A stretch of 64,000 nucleotides of DNA from Eledone cirrhosa (lineage: Eukaryota), in assembly GCA_964016885.1 (NCBI GenBank), contig CAXHJY010000949.1, forward strand, positions 1 through 64,000. Direction: 5' to 3'. Positions 56,627-64,000 of this stretch are shown here, in pieces. The notes below the pieces were generated by a model. That model ran no database searches. It saw only the letters and a program-made list of their open reading frames with translations, and was not told the origin of the DNA. The translations under genes and the position numbers were made by a program. The stretch's first letter is position 1; each line of letters starts with the position of its first letter.

Positions 56627-59452
56627 ATCATCATCATCATCATCGTTTAACATCCATATTCCACGCTTGCATGTGTTTGGACGGGAGTTTTCCCACCTGT
56701 GGCAAGAGTGGTTGTCTTGCTCGCATAGGACTGTCTGGCGGGTTTACTACGGCTGGATGCCCTTCCTAACACCAACCACATTTACAGTGTGGAACTGGGA
56801 GGTTTTTACCGTGTTACCTACACGGCCACATTACAGCGTGGACTGTGTTTTTTTTGTCGTGACACCTACACGACCTCATTTGTTTCGGGCTGGATGTTGT
56901 GACACCAACATAACTTTACATTGAAAGGGGTGGTGTGGATGGGGTGGGGGTAGTGGGACGGGGGTGTATTTTGTTAGAGGTACCTACTGACTGTAGTAGG
57001 TTTCACTTTGTACTTAGGTAAGGCGGGTCTTCTCTATTACTGTGTAGCGCCAAAGCTCTCGGTCCAGTGACATTGTCTTGGAGAGGTGTAAGTGTGTGAG
57101 GTCGGAATTTATCAAGTCGTCCCAGGTTTTTCTGGGTCTGCCTACTCCGTGGCTACCGTCTATTTTTATTGCCCTGCACTTTTTTATACAGCTGTCGTCT
57201 TTCATACGCATCGCGTGACCATACCAACGTAGTCTTCTCTCGAGTAAACAACATCTGATCCCTCTTATTTCTAATTTCTCCCTTAGTACGTTTATGCTTT
57301 GCCGTTCACGTATGTTATTATTACACATCCAGCGGAGCATGCAAGCTTCGTTTCTCTCCAGTCTGCGTATATCCTCTGCACACAATGCCCAGGTCTCACT
57401 GCCATGTAACATTGCTGTTCGTATGCAGGCATCATACAGCCTGCCTTTCATTTTTAGAGAGAACCCTTTAGCGGCCAATAGTGGTATAAGCTCTCTGAAC
57501 TTTTTCCATCCCGTTCTGACTCTAGCTACTGTACTTTCAGAGCACCCTCCCCCACTGCTGATTTTATCACCCAGGTAACGGAAGCTGTCCACTATTTCTA
57601 TAGAACCATCTGTGCAATGGAACGAGTTAGTATTCTGTGGGCACTTGCTGCTACTTATTGCACCAGAGCACCGGCCACATATAAAGTCTATATTCTTAGA
57701 TAGTTTACCTGTGATCCCACTACATCTTTTATGTACCCATACTTTGCATTTGGGACATAAAATGGAGTTTCTACCTACTCCTTTCCTACACACTGAGCAT
57801 GGCCATTTCCCAGATGGGACCGGTGCCCTATTTTCCTTCCTACAAACTAGAACTTTAGTCTTAGACAAGTTAACTTTAAGGCCTTTTGATTCTAGGCCAT
57901 GCTTCCATGTTTGGAATTTCTTCTCTAGTTCAGCCATTGATTCAGATATGAGCGTTAGATCATCTGCATATAGGAGTTCCCATGGGCAGCCGGTCTTGAA
58001 CTCCTCTGTTATTGCCTGAAGGGCAATAATAAATAGTAGGGAGCTAAGGACGGAGCCCTGATGAACACCAACTTTTACGCTAAACTCTTCACTATATTCG
58101 TTGTTAATTCTAACCTTGCTGACTGTTTCTTTATACATGGCTTGTATAGCTCTCACAAGCCATTCATCAACACCTAGTTTTCTAAGGGCCCACCAGATAA
58201 TCGAGCGGGGTACTCTGTCAAAGGCTTTCTCCAAGTTAACAAAAGCTAAGTATAGGGGTTTACTTTTAGCTAGGTACTTCTCCTGTAGTTGTCGTACAAT
58301 GAAAAGAGCGTCTGTTGTACTTTTACCTGACACAAACCCGAACTGCATTTCGTCTAGATCAATTCGCTCTCTGATTAGTTGCGCTATTACTTTTTCTGTG
58401 ACCTTCATGACCTGGTCAATTAATTTAATGTCTCTATAATTTCCCCTATCTAGGGCATCACCTTTACCCTTGTAGCAGTTAATGATGATGATGCTGCGCC
58501 AGTCCTTCGGAACGACCCCATTCTGTATGACTTGATTTACTATCCGGGTGACCATAGTGTGCCCACCGTTCCAGATGCTTTCAGCATTTCAGCAACTATT
58601 TCCGAAGGCCCGGCCGCCTTGCCCGTCTTCATGTCTTTGATCGCCTTACTTATTATACTACCTTCAACTTGCACTGCTGGTCCCTCTATTGGGTCGATGT
58701 GGGGGAGACTGTCTTTCTCCCAATTATTCTCCTCATTTAGTAGCCTTTCGTAGTGACACTTCCAAGCTACCTTCTTATCAGCGTCAGTGATGGCAAGTAC
58801 ACCATCATCATTTAGGACACACTTCTCCCCGACAATATCAATGTTTTCCTTGACACATTGCCTAGCAATCCTGAACACCTCACGTTTTTGGTCATCGCGT
58901 TGTAGAACATGCTTGAACTTTCTTTCCTCTGCTTCCCTTCTTGCGAAGTACACTTGTCTCCTAGCTTCCCTCCTGGCCACTTGATAGTCTTCTCTGCTTC
59001 CCCCATCCCGCCATGCTTTCCAAGCCTGCTTTTTGGCCTTGATTGACCTCTCCACCTTACTGTTCCACCACCAAGTTACTCTCCTCCTGCCTATAGGCCT
59101 GCTCCAGCCACAGGTTTCATCTGTCGCCTTCAGCAGGTTAGCTTTCAGGAATTCCCACTGTTCCTCTATATTGTACGACTCTAATTGCTCTTCCTTACTA
59201 TCAAAAGCATCAAGTAATATGCTTTTAAATTTATTTTTGGCTATGGGGTCCTTTAATTTCCATGTTTTTCTCCTGAGGATAGTCATCTTCTGTTGTCGAA
59301 TACGTCTCATCCTGACTATGAGGTCGCTAATTATGAGTCTATGTTGAGACGTGCATTCTTCATGGGGGAGGGATTTAGTGTTTACAACAATCACTCTGTC
59401 ACGTCTCCTGGTAAGGATATAATCTACCTGGCTTGTGTGTTCCCCCGATCTA
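56627..59452 (-). mobile_element. RTE-clade LINE copy 5, 5'-truncated, more diverged
   Basis: ORFs 58540-59526 (part) and 57014-58555 with a frameshift at ~58555; RT and PHD motifs present. Confidence 0.96.
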
Positions 59453-59516
59453 CACACATATATATAGACATATATAGACATCATCACCATCATATGCACA
59501 TATATGTACATACAGG

Positions 59517-59655
59517 GAAGGTTCATGGTTTAGTGATAAGAGTGTTCTACTCACAATTCTAAAGCCAAGAGTTGGATTCCCAGCCCAGTTGGAATGTTAT
59601 GTCTTTGAGCAAGACACTTTATATTTCTCATTGCTGCAGTCAACCCAGCTGTCAA
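59517..59655 (+). mobile_element. tRNA-SINE head fragment
   Basis: CATGGTTTAGTGATAAGAG, GAGTTGGATTCCC, TCTTTGAGCAAGACACTT. Confidence 0.7.
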
Positions 59656-59664
59656 AAATATATA

Positions 59665-61296
59665 CATACATACATTCATACATACATACATGATGATGGC
59701 TGCCCCCTCGTTATCGAGTATGGCCATTGCATAAGAAAAAAAAATATATATATATATTATATATATATATATATATATACACACACATACATACATATAT
59801 ACATATACATACATTAATAACAATAATAATAATAACGACAACAAAAGCAATAATGATATACATATACATACACGCACACACATAAACATATCTATACACA
59901 CACACGATAGCAATTAACAGCGCTGCGATCGAATGTGGCTTTTTAGCTCAGCCAATGATCTAAATTGTCTTGCACAGAGTCGGCAACAAAAACATTCACT
60001 GGGAATAGCCGGCTGTGGTTGGAGTTCGTGTACTTTTGCATGTCGCTTGAGCCCTCCTGCTGATTTACATTCTCTACCACATGCTTGGCAAGCATGATGA
60101 GTAGCATCTCCAACAGCAGCCTGGTAGTCAACCACTGGTCTTACTTTATGACTGCGAAGATGACTTTCGAGTCCAGCTTTGCTTAGGCAGAGTCTCGCAC
60201 AGACGCTGCATGTCAGCACCATAGAAGGACCCTCGCCGTCTGGAAATGCAACAGCAATGCCCTTCCTCACATCCCGCTTTACTTTCTCGTATGCGATTCG
60301 AGATGCCTCAAAGGCAACTTTTCCCTCATATACAGTCTTTCTCCATTTATTACGATCAGCAGCAATATTTTCCCATGTATCAGCAGAGATGTTAGCATCT
60401 TTCAAAGAGGCTTTCAAGGAATCCTTATACCTTTTTTTTTGGTTTATGTGGCAGTCGTTTTCCTTTAACTAACTCTCCATAAAAGAGTTGTTTTAGTATT
60501 CTAGAATCCTTCATCCTGGCAAGATGACCACTCCAACGGAGTCGTTACTTAAGCACAAGAGCTTCTATACTGTCACACATAGACCTTTCCAAAATCTCGA
60601 CATCACTGATGTGGTCCCTCCAGTGAACGCCATGGATCCGTCTGAGACACATCTGATGGAAACATACATACATGCATGCATGCATACATGGTGGCTGCCA
60701 ACTCGTTTTCGAGTACGGCCACCACTTTATATCCATGTAGGAGAACGCCTACCGATGCGCTGAACGAGTGTGACTTTTTAGTCCAGCCAGCGTATTGAAA
60801 ACTCTGGTACAAACACTACACTTGTGACAATTATTGACACATAGTGCTGGGCCCATGGTACCATGTGAGGACAAGTGCAGAGAGATCTCCAGATATAAAG
60901 CAATGCCTGTGCCGTGAAGCTTTTATAGTGAGCAAAGGCACTGCACAAAGCCAGTCCCACTCTCTTAACCAAGATGATATTTACCAAAAAGAAGAACAAG
61001 TCAACATCATTGGATACCATCAGGGTTGCAGGTGTTATATCAGAGTTTTCCTTCTCCTAGAATTCTGCCTTGACAAAGGCTAAGGGGTCATCTCTCCCGG
61101 TGATTTTGGACGGCCATTGACTCTTAAGAGCTCCTTAGCCCTTTGACAGGTTTTGTTTTTAGTCCTGCAGGATGTCCAAAGTCACCCTCCTCACCAAGAA
61201 ACCTTGGTGGGGTTGCCAGTTTAGTCGCCAACGTCCCGACCATGAGACAGGTTGTACTGGGATACATGTTACCAGTAGCACCAACTGGTGACCTGA
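59665..61296 (-). mobile_element. Second RTE family (BovB-like), fragmented, C-terminus with three C2H2 fingers
   Basis: FHQMCLRRI..WRDHISDVEIL, RLRWSGHLARM, QLFYGEL, RYKDSLKASLK; ORF 59914-60417; 3' hairpin with (ATGT)n tail at ~59665-59730 and again at ~60663-60725; putative 5' leader 61000-61296 is less certain. Confidence 0.78.
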
Positions 61297-61529
61297 TATA
61301 CATACATACACATTCCATCAGTCAACGCGATCAGTCGCATATTTTGGCGTGGGAGACTATTTATTAAATTTAAGATGAATACCATCTCCGACAGTAATGC
61401 TACAACTACAGCCAGGTTGAATAACTGGTTATTTTTCTAACTATCCCTTCTGAAGACACCTTTTATTCGAATTCGTAGAGATATCCGACTAAATACATAA
61501 TTCATTTTACAAGGATTTGCTACAAACAG

Positions 61530-64000
61530 CATGGCTGAACACAACATCAACAAGAAAATTAAGGAAGTATCGAAGACAAATAACAAAGAAGGTAATCAAA
61601 CTTTATTCAGTTGTAGCTACAGAAGAAACCGAAATTATAAATCGCATTTCTCTTGGGGTTGCGAACTTAATAATGATTTATTTAATTGTTATAAAATGGC
61701 AAAAAACAATCCTCCCATTGGCTATATGAATAGAATGAAGCTACACTGGGACGAAATGCACCCAGAACTAAATTAGTTCACAGCGAAACAATTACGCCAA
61801 CAAGCGACGTTTGTTGAACGTAAAAATAAGATAAATATTATTAATTGTAAGTCCCCCACAACAAACATGGAATCAACAACACGTGCTACAGATCGCCATG
61901 CTACTAGACTTCCTAGCAGCCAGGTCGAACAGCGCCTTGAAACAACTATGCCTGTACCATCTAAGTCTACCTCGAATGCTGGGGAAAACACTATCGATAA
62001 TAATAATAATCGAAGAAATAATAATAATAATCGAATAAATGTGACACCACGTATACCATCTGAGTCTACCTCGACTGTTGTGGAAAATACTATCGATAAT
62101 GATAATCAAAAGTATAAACAATTGAAAATGTCCCTCAACGAAATCTTCCAGAGAGAAATTAACTCATGTATAAATATCTCTCTGGCTGAACGTGTTAAAA
62201 CGACAATGGTGAATAAAAAAAACAAATAATGAAATACTACGTGTTATTGACGAAATAGGGGATGAATATTTACGACGGATAAAAACCCCAACATTTTGGC
62301 AAATCAACGCCTGTTTATATGCCTTAGCAATGACAGTGAAGCATTATCTTGGTGATTGCAGAGATATTAACAAGAACAAAACACCACCAAAAATACCATC
62401 ATATATAACTAAAATAGAAAAAAAGAGTGCTGACCTACGAAAAACCATAGGACATGTGACAATGCTCCTTACATGCAAACAAACACAAAAAAACCTCACT
62501 CCTCACCAACAAAGAGTGAAAAATAAAATAGAGACGATGTTTGGTAACAGTAGAACCAGAACTCTCCAATATAAGCTGATCACCCTCAAACAAGAATTGA
62601 GAGCGAGAAAGGTTGATACCTGAAGAAGGTAGATGAGAGAAAAATGCTTAATAAAAGATTCAGACGAAACCAAACATCAGTCTATAGAGATATGAAGAAC
62701 AAAATAATAAGTGTCACTGAGGCCCCATCCCAGAAAGACATAAGATTCCTTTTGGATTAAAATATGGGGTGAAAAGAAGAATTTCAACCAAGATGCGGTG
62801 TGGCTAAGAGAAATCCGAAAGAACTATTGCTCCTACAATACAACAAAAACATACGAAATAAGTGAGGGTACCCTTGAGACTGTGATAGGAAAACTCCAAG
62901 ATAAGAAAACACCAGGAAGAGACATGATTGTCGGCTACTGGTACAAAAAACTAATATTCTATCGGAGGTATCTTACTGACCTCTACCAACAAATTCTTAA
63001 GGGAGATACACTTATACCAGAATGGTTGACATTAGCACAAACGTTACTGAACAAAGACACCCACTTGGCAAAAAACTACCGACCCATTGCATGCCAGAAC
63101 CTAATGTATAAGATGTATACAGCCTGCCTCAACCTATTCCTCCAAGATCACTGTGAAAATAACAACATCATCACAGATGAACAAGCAGCTGGAAAGAAAA
63201 GGGTTTGGGGATGTGCTGAACAACTCCTAATCAACAAAACTGCGATGTCGGAGGTGCGACAACTTGGGAGGAATATGACTACAGTCTGGCTGGACTACAA
63301 GAAAGCTTTCGATTCTGTTCCCCACTCTTGGATGATAGAGGCCCTCCAACTTGCTAAAGTCCCAGACATTATTGTCAGAGCCATAGAGAGGCTGTCTTCT
63401 TCTTGGGCTACTATCCTAAGGTTAAAGACAGAGAGGGAGGACTCTATTTTCACTGATAAAATAAAATATTGCAGAGGTATATTTCAGGGGGACAGTCTCT
63501 CTGTGATATTGTTCATCTTGTCATTAAACCCCTTGTCCTTTCTGCTCAAGAAATGTGAGGGATACATCATTGGCTCACAGGAGGACAGAAATACGAACCT
63601 AACCCATAACTTCTTTGTGGACGATCTGAAACTCTATGCCAAGAACATGGATGGGATGAAGAAAAATCTTGACCTGGTTACAACGTTCTCAAAGGATATA
63701 GGAATGGAGTTTGGCCAAGATAAATGCTCATACATGACTGTAAAGCGGGGAAAAACAACAACCCAATCTAGCAACATTGTCATCAATGGTCTAACTGTTT
63801 CACCGATATCTGATGAGGACTGCTACAGATACCTGGGGATAGATGAGAACATATCCTATAATGGTATCTGTAATAAAGAACACGTAACTAGGGAATACTA
63901 CAACCGATTAAGAAAGATCTGGTCATCGGAACTCTCTGTGCAAAACAAAACAGTGGCTCACAATGTGTTTGCTGTGCCTGTCCTAACACCAACGTTTGGA
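61530..64000 (+). mobile_element. R4/Dong-like non-LTR retrotransposon, disrupted N-terminus, RT running off the window
   Basis: GYMNRMKLHWDEMHP; KTPGRD, NYRPIAC, EQAAG, WLDYKKAFDSVPHSW, RGIFQGDSLS, FFVDDLKLYA, GMEFGQDKC, YRYLG read from ~62890 onward; no APE domain upstream. Confidence 0.85.

Noticed and set aside
61442-61488. Hammerhead upstream of the R4/Dong-like element (CTGAAGA ... CGAATTCGTA)
   Set aside because: GAAA box and stem II are missing; at best a remnant, so not called.

Overview
Repeat-dense, AT-rich metazoan genomic DNA with no confidently identifiable host gene. The TA-microsatellite load, RTE LINEs and tRNA/CORE-like SINEs suggest a coleoid cephalopod such as an octopus (inference only). 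It carries five copies of one RTE-clade LINE, including an intact 1089-codon APE+RT ORF at 16624-19893 with a PHD finger inserted in the RT. It also has fragments of Tx1-like, R4/Dong-like and C2H2-finger RTE LINEs, SINEs sharing the RTE 3' tail, a non-autonomous Helitron, a hAT-like MITE, a 3.9-kb 205/~698-bp higher-order tandem array, and many mini- and microsatellites. The main unexpected signal is a dense set of hammerhead ribozyme (HHR) motifs in small islands between (TA)n tracts: about 8 well-formed and 3 degenerate in 64 kb. Several lie in 466-593-bp terminally redundant units resembling retrozymes or Penelope pseudo-LTRs. Two adjacent diverged families share covarying HHR stems and a conserved octamer dyad. 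One HHR has a U3-A8 core swap and several have a recurrent CCGANGA (U4C) core. All structures were read by eye; nothing was folded or searched computationally.
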